From Rhodospirillales bacterium (GTDB taxonomy: Bacteria > Pseudomonadota > Alphaproteobacteria > Acetobacterales > Acetobacteraceae), in assembly GCA_043744375.1 (NCBI GenBank), contig JAYTUU010000052.1, forward strand, positions 1,450-65,449: 64,000 bases of DNA. The letters run 5' to 3'. A program made the position numbers and the translations under genes. This document shows, piece by piece, positions 35,397 to 45,900 of this stretch. The notes below the pieces were generated by a model, which saw only the letters and a program-made list of their open reading frames with translations, was not told the DNA's origin and searched no databases. The first letter of the stretch is position 1, and every line of letters begins with the position of its first letter.

Positions 35397-36935
35397 TCAG
35401 ACGCGGGTGAAAGCGATGCGGCGGGCCAGCCAGCAGCCGATTTCCAGGCCGGTGACCCGGCCGGCGCTGTCGCGTTTGACATGCACCGTCCAGTCGCCGG
35501 GCGGCGAGAAATCGAGCGCGCGCGGGCACGGCAGCAGCCAGATGTCGGCGGCGTAGGGAATGAGATTGTGCATCATGCCGATGCCGAGATCGCCGGTGAA
35601 GGCGCCATAGAGCGCGCCGCCACTGGCGATGATGTCGAGCGTGGCGGCCAGCTCATCGGAGCGGAAGGCGCCGGCGATGTCCGCCACGGGGTCGCCGCTG
35701 ACCGGCAGAAGGCGGGTCGACTGGTTGTCGCTCGCGCGCTCCAGCCGCACGCCGTCAGCGTCGTGATACAGCCGGCTGCCGCCGCTCTTGAAGTCGCCGG
35801 GCGCGGTGGCCGTGAGGGATTCCGGACCGGGGCCGTAATGCATCCGCAGCTTGCCCCCCGGGATGGTCTCGATACGCGTGGCGATGCCGGTTGCAGGCTC
35901 GATGTACTTGCCGGCCCAGCCGGGGTCTGCCACCTCGGGGGCCGCGGGCGCGGGAATACCGAGCACGGCGGCGAACAGGTCAGATGCGGCGGCGTTCGCG
36001 TCAGCCATGTGGTTGAACATGACGACGACGGAAACCCGTTCCGCCGGCGCGTAGAAGCGGAAACTGCGCCAGCCACGCAATCCGCCGCCATGCGAGAGGA
36101 TCGCGCGGCCATGCAGAGTGTCCCGCGCCAAGCCGAAGCCGTAGCGCGCCGGGGTGCCATCGTTGAAAGTGACGGGGCGGGCGATGCGGCTGGTGATGGC
36201 GTCGGCATCGTCGCGATTGGCGTCGAAGAATTTCTCCCATGCAATCATATCATCGAGACTGGCACCCAGGCCGGCATCCCCCGTCCAGTGGATATTGTTC
36301 ACCGCGCGGCGAAATCCCTGCTCAACACTACCCTCATAGCCCTCGGTGCCGCCGGGCATCGTGGAGGTATCGGCGCTGATGATGGCGTGCGGCATGCCCG
36401 CGCGATCAAAAATGCGCTCGCGCAACAACGCGTCGAACGGCCGGCCAGCCCGTCGCGCCACGAGGTCCCCGAGCAGGCGGAAATTCTGATTGCAATACGA
36501 ATATTGCGCCCCCGGCGCGAAATGCAGCGTCCGCGTGCGCGCGATCAGGCGGAGCGCGTCGGCATCGGTGAACCGGCCCTCGACGGGCGCGCCGGACAGC
36601 ATCGCCGTCGCCCAGTAGTCGCGAAAGCCCGACTGGTTGTGGGCGAGATGCAGAACGCCCGGGCTCTTTTCCTCAAGGTGCGGCAGGAAATGCCGCAGGT
36701 CCTCATCCAGCACGCTCGGATCGGGGAAGAGATCGAGCAGCAGCGAACAGGTGAACTGCTTGGTGATCGAGCACATGCGAAACAACGTCTGCGGAGTGAA
36801 GGCAATCCGCCGCTCGATATCAGCCCAGCCCCAGCTGTGCCGCGCCAGAACCTCGCCGTCGCGCAGCACGGCAAGCGCACCGCCGGGGCCGGCATAGCGA
36901 TTCGGCAGGGCGGCAATGGTTGCTTCGAGGGTCAT
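35397..36935 (-). CDS. D-aminopeptidase-like serine hydrolase (beta-lactamase fold plus C-terminal domains)
   Basis: FRMCSITKQF (SxxK), YSYCNQNF, SHGGGLRGW; ~510 aa as in D-aminopeptidase-type enzymes. Confidence 0.72.
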   Translation of the reverse strand: MTLEATIAALPNRYAGPGGALAVLRDGEVLARHSWGWADIERRIAFTPQTLFRMCSITKQFTCSLLLDLFPDPSVLDEDLRHFLPHLEEKSPGVLHLAHNQSGFRDYWATAMLSGAPVEGRFTDADALRLIARTRTLHFAPGAQYSYCNQNFRLLGDLVARRAGRPFDALLRERIFDRAGMPHAIISADTSTMPGGTEGYEGSVEQGFRRAVNNIHWTGDAGLGASLDDMIAWEKFFDANRDDADAITSRIARPVTFNDGTPARYGFGLARDTLHGRAILSHGGGLRGWRSFRFYAPAERVSVVVMFNHMADANAAASDLFAAVLGIPAPAAPEVADPGWAGKYIEPATGIATRIETIPGGKLRMHYGPGPESLTATAPGDFKSGGSRLYHDADGVRLERASDNQSTRLLPVSGDPVADIAGAFRSDELAATLDIIASGGALYGAFTGDLGIGMMHNLIPYAADIWLLPCPRALDFSPPGDWTVHVKRDSAGRVTGLEIGCWLARRIAFTRV

Positions 36936-36997
36936 CGGGGAGGCTCCGCTTCGGACATCATCGGCAGGAAGAATGGCGGATCAAGGTAGGAAAGCAA

Positions 36998-37248
36998 GGC
37001 TCCGCCGGCAAAGGGCCGGGGGCCCTTTGAACCCGTGACTTCTGCGGCTGGATCAACGGCCTTCCGATGATATCTGCGTTCTTGCTTGCGCCGCAGGCCA
37101 TCGCCACCTTGGAACGCCTGTTCGGTCGCGAAGAATTCCGGGCTTCGCCAGCCCAACGGCAAGATCGCGCCGCTTCAACCGAAGGCCGCCGATCCAGCCG
37201 CGAGCAGTAATGGGTTCAAAGGGCCCCCGGCCCTTTGCCGCCGGAGGC
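36998..37248. repeat. MITE-like nested-palindrome element, copy 2 (termini homologous to 3435..3593)
   Basis: Left GGCTCCGCCGGCAAAGGGCCGGGGGCCCTTTGAACCCGTGACTTCTGCGGCTGGATCAACGGCCTTC pairs with right GAAGGCCGCCGATCCAGCCGCGAGCAGTAATGGGTTCAAAGGGCCCCCGGCCCTTTGCCGCCGGAGGC. Confidence 0.8.
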
Positions 37249-37252
37249 ACGC

Positions 37253-37579
37253 TTACGTCTTCGTTCCGCCTGTGAGCCGGGAGAAGGTCTGGCGGTCCTT
37301 GTTCTCCTGCATGAGCATGCGGAAGCCCGGGATATCGCCGAGGCTGAGGCCGCTGGGCAGGCCGGTTTCTTCGTCGGGGGTGATTTTGCCGTAGGTCTCG
37401 CCGGAGATTTTCTCCCATTTACCAGCGGGCTTCTTGGCTTCGATGTGCACGACGGTGGCCTTGAACACCATCCGCACGATCGCCTCTTTCGGTGCCGAGG
37501 GCTTGGTGAGGCACGGGCATCCGGCGAGGATTTGCCAGCCGTTTGACAGTGCCCAGGCGGTCAGTTCGATCTTGTCCAT
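37253..37579 (-). CDS. Hypothetical 108-aa protein downstream of prfB
   Basis: MDKIELTAWALSNGWQILAGCPCLTKPSAPKEAIVRMVFKATVVHIEAKKPAGKWEKISGE...; starts 8 nt after the prfB stop. No family recognised. Confidence 0.5.
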   Translation of the reverse strand: MDKIELTAWALSNGWQILAGCPCLTKPSAPKEAIVRMVFKATVVHIEAKKPAGKWEKISGETYGKITPDEETGLPSGLSLGDIPGFRMLMQENKDRQTFSRLTGGTKT

Positions 37580-37586
37580 GGGTTCC

Positions 37587-38718
37587 CTATTGAGCCTGGG
37601 CGGAGGCGTCGCTGCGGGTGGCGCCGGCGCGGGCGGCGAGGGCTGCGGCCATGAAGGCGTCGAGGTCGCCGTCGAGCACGGCGTCCGGATTGCCTTTTTC
37701 AACGCCGGTGCGCAGGTCCTTGACCATCTGGTAGGGCGCGAGGACGTAGCTGCGGATCTGATGGCCCCAGCCGATCGCGGTTTTGGCGTCTTCCTGGGCG
37801 GTGCTGATGGCTTCGCGGCGTTGCAGTTCGGCCTCGTACATGCGGGCTTTCAGCATGCCCATGGCGGTCGCCCGGTTGCGATGCTGGCTGCGGTCGGTCT
37901 GGCAGGCGACGACGATGCCGCTTGGCAGATGGGTGATGCGGATGGCCGACTCGGTCTTGTTGACGTGCTGGCCGCCGGCGCCCGAGGCGCGGTAGGTGTC
38001 GACCTTCAGGTCCGACGGATCGATCTCGATCTCGATGGTGTCATCGACGACCGGATAGACCCAGACGCTGGCGAAACTGGTTTGCCGGCGCGCCGCGGCG
38101 TCGAACGGGCTGATGCGCACCAGGCGATGCACGCCGGCTTCGGTCTTGAGCCAGCCATAGGCGTTCGTGCCGGTGACTTGCAGGGTGGCGGATTTGATGC
38201 CGGCCTGCTCGCCCTCGCTTTGGTCGAGGAGTTGGATTTTGTAGCCGTGTTTTTCCGACCAGCGCGAATACATGCGCATGAGCATTTCGGCCCAGTCCTG
38301 CGCCTCTGTGCCGCCCGCGCCGGCGTTGATTTCCATGAAGCAATCGTTGCTGTCGGCCTCGCCGGACAGCAGGCTCTCGATCTCCCGCCGCTTGGCCTCC
38401 TCGGCGAGGGTGCGCAGCGTGGCATGGCCATCGGCAACCATTTCGGCGTCCGCTTCCGCTTCCGCCATCGCGATCAGTTCGACCGTGTCAGCGACATCGG
38501 TTTCGAGCTTGCGGACGGCGTCGATCCGGGTGGCGAGATTGTTGCGCTCACGCATGAGCGCCTGGGCCGCCGTGGCGTCGTTCCAGACGTCGGGGTCCTC
38601 GGCGCGGTGGTTCAGTTCTTCGAGGCGGGCGGTCGAGACATCCCAGTCAAAGATGCCTCCTCAGCAGTGCGACGGACTGCTTGATCTGCTCGTTGAGGGA
38701 GTCGGATTCGGCGGACAT
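37587..38718 (-). CDS. prfB: Peptide chain release factor 2, expressed through a programmed +1 frameshift
   Basis: ORF0 [23 protein letters not shown]-stop (ATG 38718, TGA 38649-38647) joins the main frame [13 protein letters not shown].... SPF motif ([18 protein letters not shown]) and GGQ motif ([21 protein letters not shown]). Confidence 0.95.
38646..38661 (-). other. RF2 +1 frameshift site (internal SD-like AGGAGG, then CTT TGA C)
   Basis: Minus strand reads GAGGAGGCATCTTTGAC; the plus strand shows GTCAAAG at 38646-38652 and CCTCCT at 38656-38661. Confidence 0.92.
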
Positions 38719-38758
38719 CGCGGAAAATTCCAGCCAATATGTTGGAGATAAGCGCGGC

Positions 38759-41356
38759 TCAATACAGCCCGCCCAGGTCGCTGTCGACCCCGGCGGCCTG
38801 TGGCGAGGTGCCGCGGTTGGCGGCAGCGGCGCCGCTGCCGGTGGCGCCGCTGCCGCCGGTCCCCGCGGGGCCGGAGGCGCCCGGGGTCTGGCCGGGCTTG
38901 AAGGCGTCCGTCACCGTGCCCGAGCCGCTGTCCCAGCTTGCCAGGCTGACGCCGAGCGGGGCTGTGAATTTCAGGTTCGGCCGGCCCTTGAGCGCGACCG
39001 CCATGAAATCACGCCAGATCGGCGCCGACGTGCTGCCGCCAGTTTCGTTGTTGCCCAGCGTCGTCGGCGTATCGAAACCGATCCATACGGCGGTGACGAG
39101 GTCGGGCGTGAAGCCGACGAACCAGGCGTCGTTGTAGTCCTGGCTAGTGCCGGTCTTGCCGGCGATGGCGCGGTTGAGGCCAGCGCCGGCGGCCGATCCA
39201 GTGCCGCGGCTGACCGCGCCCTGCAACATCGTGACCAGCTGGAACACGCTGGCCGCATCGGCGACCTGCCGGCGCTCGTCCACCAGCTGTGGCGGCTGTG
39301 CCGGGTCGGCGCAGCCGGGGCAGGCGGCGGTGGGGGCGCGCCACAGCACCCGGCCGTCGCGATCCTGCACGCTGTCGATCAACGTCGGGATCACCTCGCG
39401 CCCGCCGGTGGCGAAGGTGGCGTAGCCGGCGGCGTTGCGTAGCACCGTCGTCTCGACCGCGCCGAGGGCGGCGGGCAGCACGCGCGGCATGTCGTCGACC
39501 ACGTGCAGGGCAATCGCGGTCGCCGCCACCGCCTGCATGCCGATGCGGTCGGCGAGGCGCACGGTGACGAGGTTGAGTGATTTCTCCAGCGCAACGCGCA
39601 GCGGCACGGGCCCGTTGAAATCGAGCGTGTAGTTCGACGGCCGCCATTTTCCCGCCGCCCCCTGATCGACCACGAAGGGCGCGTCGAGGAAGCGCTGCGA
39701 GGGCGAAATACCCGCCTGCATGCCGGCGAGATACACATAGGGCTTGAAGCTCGACCCGGGCTGGCGGTTCGCCTGCGTCACCCGGTTGAACTGGCTGAGC
39801 TCGAAACTCCAGCCGCCCGACAGTGCCACCACCCGCCCGGTCGCCGTTTCGATGGAGACCAGCGCGCCCTGCACCTGCGGAATTTGCCGCAGCAGCGCCC
39901 GCTCGGTTCGCGCGGCGACGCGGCCCTGCGCGGCCGCGGCGGGCATCGGCTCGATCATGACGAGATCGCCGGCTTGCAGCACTTCGCCAAGCTTGCGCGG
40001 CGGCGGGCCGAGCTTGCCGTCCTTCACCGGACGCGCCCAGCCGAGATCGGCGATCTGCACGGGCAGCACGCGCGGCTGCACGATGGAGGTGCCCGGCGTA
40101 CGCTCCATGAAGCCCAGCTTGGCCTCGGCATCGGCGGTCTCGATCACCACGGCCAGGCGCCATTCGGCCAGCATGCCCGGCGGGCGCGCGGTCTGCGCCA
40201 GCGCGTTGGTCCAGTGCTGGCGGAACCCGGCGCCGACTTCGACGCGCGCCACCGGCCCCCGCCAGCCGCCATGGCGTTGGTCGTAGCGGATCAACCCGTC
40301 ATGGAGCGCCTTGTCGGCAGCGAGTTGCAGGGATGGATCGAGCGTGGTGCGCACCACGAAACCGCCCTGGGTCGTGCGATCCGCGCCGAAACGCTCGACC
40401 AACTGGCGGCGCACTTCTTCGCCAAAGTACTCCCCGCCCGCCACCGTCTCGGCGCGGCGGAACGGCGAGGCCGCGATCGGCGTCGCTTTCGCCGCGGCCG
40501 CCTGGGCTGCGGTGATGACCCGATCATCGGCCATCCGGTCGATCACCCAGTCGCGCCGGGCGCGGGCGGCGTCGGGGAAGCGGAACGGGTTGTAGTTGTT
40601 CGGCGCCTTGGGCAGGGCGGCGAGGAAGGCGGCCTCAGGCAGGGTGATCTGTTCCAGCGATTTGTTGAAATAGGCCTGTGCCGCGGCGGCGACCCCGTAG
40701 GCCTGCAGGCCGAGATAGATCTCGTTGAGGTAGAGTTCGAGAATATGCTCCTTGCTCAGCGTCTGCTCGATCCGCCCCGCCAGGATCATTTCCCGGGCCT
40801 TGCGGGCGATCGAGACCTCGTTGCTCAGCAGCATGTTCTTGGCGACCTGCTGGGTGATCGTCGAGGCCCCGATGGGCCGCTTGCCCTGGCCGTATTGCAG
40901 CACGTCGGTGACCACGGCGCGCAGGATGGCAATCGGGTCGACGCCCTTGTGGCTGAAAAAATTCTGGTCCTCCGCGGAGATGAAGGCTTTTCGGACAACA
41001 TCCGGCACGGCGGCGGCGGGCACGAAGATGCGCCGTTCCGTTGCCAGTTCCGCCAGCAGCCGGCTATCCCCGGCATAGACGCGGCTCATCACCCGCGGCT
41101 GGTAGTCGCGCAGGCTGTCGAGGTCCGGCAGGTCGGCGCTGAAGCGCTGGTATCCCGCGTAGAGCACGCCGACGCCGAGCACCGCACCGAGCATGCCGAT
41201 GCCGAAAATGGTCGTGACAAGCCGCCGCAGCCAGCGCCAGCCATCCGGACGCTTCGCCGGCCTGGGCGCTTTCGGCGGCTTCTCCACGCGCGGCGCCGGT
41301 ACGGGCCGGGACGCTTGCGGCAGCAGACGCTCTCCGGCGGTCAAGGGTTCGCTCAT
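38759..41356 (-). CDS. mrcA: Penicillin-binding protein 1A (bifunctional transglycosylase/transpeptidase)
   Basis: EDQNFFSHKGVD, RKAREM, GSSFKP, GKTGTSQDYNDAWF motifs; Gly/Ala/Ser-rich C-terminal tail. Confidence 0.93.
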   Translation of the reverse strand: MSEPLTAGERLLPQASRPVPAPRVEKPPKAPRPAKRPDGWRWLRRLVTTIFGIGMLGAVLGVGVLYAGYQRFSADLPDLDSLRDYQPRVMSRVYAGDSRLLAELATERRIFVPAAAVPDVVRKAFISAEDQNFFSHKGVDPIAILRAVVTDVLQYGQGKRPIGASTITQQVAKNMLLSNEVSIARKAREMILAGRIEQTLSKEHILELYLNEIYLGLQAYGVAAAAQAYFNKSLEQITLPEAAFLAALPKAPNNYNPFRFPDAARARRDWVIDRMADDRVITAAQAAAAKATPIAASPFRRAETVAGGEYFGEEVRRQLVERFGADRTTQGGFVVRTTLDPSLQLAADKALHDGLIRYDQRHGGWRGPVARVEVGAGFRQHWTNALAQTARPPGMLAEWRLAVVIETADAEAKLGFMERTPGTSIVQPRVLPVQIADLGWARPVKDGKLGPPPRKLGEVLQAGDLVMIEPMPAAAAQGRVAARTERALLRQIPQVQGALVSIETATGRVVALSGGWSFELSQFNRVTQANRQPGSSFKPYVYLAGMQAGISPSQRFLDAPFVVDQGAAGKWRPSNYTLDFNGPVPLRVALEKSLNLVTVRLADRIGMQAVAATAIALHVVDDMPRVLPAALGAVETTVLRNAAGYATFATGGREVIPTLIDSVQDRDGRVLWRAPTAACPGCADPAQPPQLVDERRQVADAASVFQLVTMLQGAVSRGTGSAAGAGLNRAIAGKTGTSQDYNDAWFVGFTPDLVTAVWIGFDTPTTLGNNETGGSTSAPIWRDFMAVALKGRPNLKFTAPLGVSLASWDSGSGTVTDAFKPGQTPGASGPAGTGGSGATGSGAAAANRGTSPQAAGVDSDLGGLY

Positions 41357-41403
41357 GGCCGCTCCCCTACAACAGAATGATCGCGCGCGGGTAGCGTGAT
41401 GCG

Positions 41404-42270
41404 TCAGCCCTGCGCTACAGGCGGGGCGGCGGGCCGAAGTGTCTGCGCGAACCAGGCATCGACCGCGCGCCGCATCGCCGTTGCCACGCGCGCGCGGTGC
41501 GCCGGCAGACGGAGTGCTGCCTCGTCGGCCTTGTTGGACATGAAGCCCATCTCGACCAGCACGCTCGGGATATCCGCCGCCTTCAGCACCATGAAACCGG
41601 CATGGCGGGCGGGGTTCTGCAACAGCGGCAGATCGCGGCCGAGTTCGCCGACCACGCGCTTGGCCATCCGCGCAGAACCGGTGCGCGTCTCCTGGCGCAC
41701 CAGGCTGGCAAGAATGCGGCCAACCTCGGGCGGCGTGTCGCGAAAGGCCGGCACGCCGAAGCGGTCGGCGGAATTCTCGCGACGGGCGAGGGCGGCGGTC
41801 TGCGCGTCCGACGCGGTTTCGGCGAGGGTATAAACGCTGACGCCGCGCACCCCGGCATCACCGATCGCGTCGGCGTGCAGCGAGACGAACAATGCGGCGC
41901 CGCGGCGCTGGGCGATGTCGACGCGGCCTTCGAGCGGGATGAACACGTCGCGCGTCCGGGTCAGTTCGACGCGATACTGGCCGGTGGCGACGAGCTGGCG
42001 CTGGAGTTCCTGGGCGGCGGCCAGCGCGATGTGCTTCTCATAGGTGCCGGAGACGCCAATCGCGCCGGGGTCCTTGCCGCCATGGCCGGGGTCGAGCATC
42101 ACCAGCGGCAGGGATCGCGGCGCCGGTTTCGCGGGCGTGGGATTCGCGGGCGTGGGTTTCCCGGGCGTGGGTTTGGCCGCGTTCCCCGGCCGGCTGGACG
42201 GCAGGAACGTCGCGCAGGCTCCGAAGCCGAGCAACAGACGGCGGGCGAGCAAGGCGTGCGCCTCCTCCAA
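41404..42270 (-). CDS. N-acetylmuramoyl-L-alanine amidase (Amidase_3), Tat-like signal
   Basis: ARRLLLGFGA twin-arginine-like N-terminus, KPTPGKPTPANPTPAKPAP linker, MLDPGHGGKDPGAIG, FVSLHAD. TTG start. Confidence 0.88.
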   Translation of the reverse strand: MEEAHALLARRLLLGFGACATFLPSSRPGNAAKPTPGKPTPANPTPAKPAPRSLPLVMLDPGHGGKDPGAIGVSGTYEKHIALAAAQELQRQLVATGQYRVELTRTRDVFIPLEGRVDIAQRRGAALFVSLHADAIGDAGVRGVSVYTLAETASDAQTAALARRENSADRFGVPAFRDTPPEVGRILASLVRQETRTGSARMAKRVVGELGRDLPLLQNPARHAGFMVLKAADIPSVLVEMGFMSNKADEAALRLPAHRARVATAMRRAVDAWFAQTLRPAAPPVAQG

Positions 42271-42946
42271 TGAGCGGGACTCCCCCGGCTGCGACGGCCG
42301 GAAGTTAACAAATAACTTTCAGAAATGCACGCTAGACGTTGATTGCGGCGAATTCATGCATCAATACGACCGAATGTTGCAAGTGCTGCTTGCGGGTGGC
42401 CGAGGTTTGCTGCATGGTCGATCCACTCGGTGACGTGACGCGGCTGGCAGGGGTTTTGCCGGCGGCGGGGTAAACCGGAGGACGGGATGCTGTTTGCTGA
42501 TCGGCGATACGCGCCAGGCCGCAGCCTCGATCCTTCTCCCACACGGCCCCGCGCGCGCCGCGCGCTGCCAACTTCTTCACGAAGAGGCGCGCCGCCGGCG
42601 CAATTTTCCACCGGGGCTGCGCGCCCCGACCCGCCTTTTGGGGGATCGGCGCGCGCCCGACCGCAGACACAGGGTCCGATGACCGCCGCCATGTTCATTC
42701 TTGCCGCCAGGATCGAGACTTGCGACGGAAGCCGGCTTCGCCCGGCCGCCGCGCCTGTCGCCCTGCCGACGGCATTGGCTGGACGGCCAAGGCCTGGGCG
42801 TCTAACGCCCGGGCGGCCAAATCGGGTCGTTCCTTCCCCCCTGCCGTGCCTGCGTTCGGACCAGCCCCTCCCGTCATACCTATCATGCCGCACGCGGCGA
42901 GCCGATCCGGCCCGCTTGCTCCCGGCGCACCGGAGTTCAGGGCTGA

Positions 42947-45900
42947 ATGACCAAGCGCATGTTGATCGATGCCACGCACGCGGAAGAAACCCGCGTGGTG
43001 GTGCTGGACGGTAACCGGCTCGAGGATTTCGACGTCGAGACGTCCACCAAGAAGCAGCTCAAGGGTAACATCTATCTCGCCAAAATCGTCCGCGTGGAGC
43101 CGAGCCTCCAGGCGGCGTTCGTTGAGTATGGCGGCGGCCGGCACGGCTTCCTCGCCTTCGGGGAAATCCACCCCGACTACTATCAAATTCCCGTCGCCGA
43201 CCGGCAGCGTCTGCTCGCGATGCAGGCCGAGGAGGCCCGCGCCGAAGAAGAAGCGGAAGACGAGGAGGACCGCCCGCAATACGTCGCGGCGGCGCCGGCG
43301 TCGGTTGCAGCGGACTCCGTTGAGACCGCCACCGCCACAGCCGAACCCGTTCCGACGGAAGCCGCCCAGCCGGCCGCGATCGCCCACGAGGTCACCTATG
43401 GTGAGGTGACTGCCCATCAGGTGACTGCCCATGAGGTGACGTTCGGGGAACTCGACTTCGACCGCCAGGATGGCCGGGAAACCGAGGCCGCCACCACCGA
43501 TGTCGCGGCGCCCGACGAGGCGGCATCCGACGATGGCAGCGATCTCGACGCCCCCGTCGCCGAATCGCCGGCCCCGGAGACCCTGGGCGGCGAGAGCGAC
43601 GTCTTCGAGGGCAACGGTGCCGAGGAGGCCCGCCAGCGCCGCGCCTCGCGCTTCCTGCGCAACTACCGCATCCAGGAAGTCATCAACCGCCGACAGATCA
43701 TGCTCATCCAGGTCGTCAAGGAGGAGCGCGGCACCAAGGGCGCGGCCCTGACCACCTACATCTCGCTCGCGGGCCGCTTCTGCGTGCTGATGCCGAATTC
43801 TCCGCGCGGCGGCGGAATATCGCGAAAAATCACCTCGGCCGCCGATCGCCGCCGGCTCAAGGAGATCACCGCGGAACTGGAAATCCCCAATGGCATGGGC
43901 CTGATCGTGCGAACCGCCGGTGCCGCCCGCCCGAAGCCGGAAATCCGCCGCGACTGCGAATATCTGATGCGCCTTTGGGACGATGTCCGCGAGCACACGC
44001 TGCAATCGATGGCCCCCTCGCTGATCTACGAGGAGGCGAGCCTGATCAAGCGCGCCATCCGCGACGGCTATTCCCGCGATATCGACGAAGTGCTCGTGGA
44101 TGGCGAGGAGGGCTGGAAGGCCGCGCATGATTTCATGCGCATGTTGATGCCGACCCACGCCCGCAAAGTGGTGCCCTGGCGCGCCGGCGGCAATGCCGGC
44201 AACGGCCAGCCGCTGTTCGCCTCGATGGGCGTCGAGGCGCAGCTCGACTCGATGCTGTCGCCGTCCGTGCAGCTCAAATCCGGCGGCTATCTGGTCATCA
44301 ACCAGGCCGAGGCGCTCGTCGCCATCGACGTCAACTCCGGCCGGGCCACGCGCGAACGCGGCATCGAGGAGACCGCCGTCAAGACCAACCTGGAGGCTGC
44401 CGACGAGGTGGCGCGCCAGTTGCGGCTGCGCGATCTCGCCGGGCTGATCGTCATCGACTTCATCGACATGGAGTCGAAGAAGAACAACGCCATGGTCGAG
44501 CGGCGCCTCAAGGAGGCGTTGAAGAACGACCGCGCGCGCATCCAGGTCGGCCAGATCAGCCATTTCGGGCTGATGGAAATGAGCCGCCAGCGGCTGCGCC
44601 CGAGCCTGACCGAGACGAACTTCATCACCTGCCCGCATTGCAACGGCCTCGGCCATGTCCGCAGCGTCGAGAGCAGCGCGATCCATGTGCTGCGCGGCAT
44701 CGAGGAGGAGGGCGCCAAGGGCCGCGCTTCGCTTGTGATGGTCTACGCCGCCTCCGCGATCGTCATGTACATCCTGAACAACAAGCGCGAACGCCTCGCC
44801 GAGATCGAGGCGCGCTACGCCATGCAGGTGCATTTCAGCGGCGACGACACGCTGGTGCCGCCGGCCATCCGCATCGACCGGCTGCGCGCCCAAATTCCGG
44901 AATCCGAGCGCGAAATCGTTCGCCCCACCCGCGTGTTGTCTGGCCCCGTGGCGCCGGCTGCGCCGGACATGGCGGCGCCCGATACCGACGAGGATGATTT
45001 CATCGAGGCGGACGAGGAGGAGCGCGCGCCCGCTCCGGCCCCGCGCGCCGCGCGTGCCGCGCCGAGCGCCGCATCACCCGCCGCCGAGGCTGGGACGGCG
45101 GAGGAGGAGGCCGAACGTGGCCGTCGCCGTCGCCGTCGCCGCCGTGGCGAGCGTCGCGAAGCCGGCGATGCGGAACCTGCAGCGGCCGATGGCGCAGCGA
45201 TCGCCGCCGGGTCGGACGCAGATGCCGCCGCTTTGGCTCCGGCCGACGGTGCCGAAGCGCCGCCTGCCGATGACGCCGCGATCGATCCGGTGACTGCCGG
45301 CATCGAGGCCGAGCTTGCCAGCAACACTGGCGAACCGTCCGCGGCCATCGCTGCGCCCACCCCCGATACTGTGGAACTCGACGAGAACGGCCAGCCCAAG
45401 GCGCGCCGACGCGGTCGCCGCGGCGGTCGTCGCCGGCGGCGTGACGAGCCAGGCGGCGAGACGGAAGGCGAGGCTGCGGCCGAGCCGGATACCGCCGGCG
45501 CATCGCCCATTGACGTGGCGCCGGTTGTCCCTCCCGTGTTCGTGACCCCAGCCTTTGTCGCACCGGCCTTTGTCGCACCGGCCTATGCCGGTCCGACGCC
45601 GGCCAATCCGTTCGCCGACCAGCCGTTCGATATCTTCGACATGATCGATCAGGCGGCCGAAAAGGAAGCCGCCGCCGCGGCGGCGGCTATTGCACTGGCC
45701 GCGGCTTCCGCGGCGGCCGTGCGGGTTGTGGTAGAAACCATTGTGCCAGAGCCCGTCGCAACCGAGCCCGTCGCAGCCGAGCCAGCCGTCGTTGTACCGG
45801 CCGTGGAACCTGCCTTACCAGTCGCGGCGGTACCCGAGGTTGTCGCGCCCGTTGTTGTCGTACCCGAGCCGGAACCCGAGGCCCCCGCGGCGGCGGCGAT

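Noticed and set aside
42695-44893. 732-aa minus-strand ORF
   Set aside because: Antisense shadow of rne. It has no recognisable motifs and shows typical high-GC reverse-frame composition.
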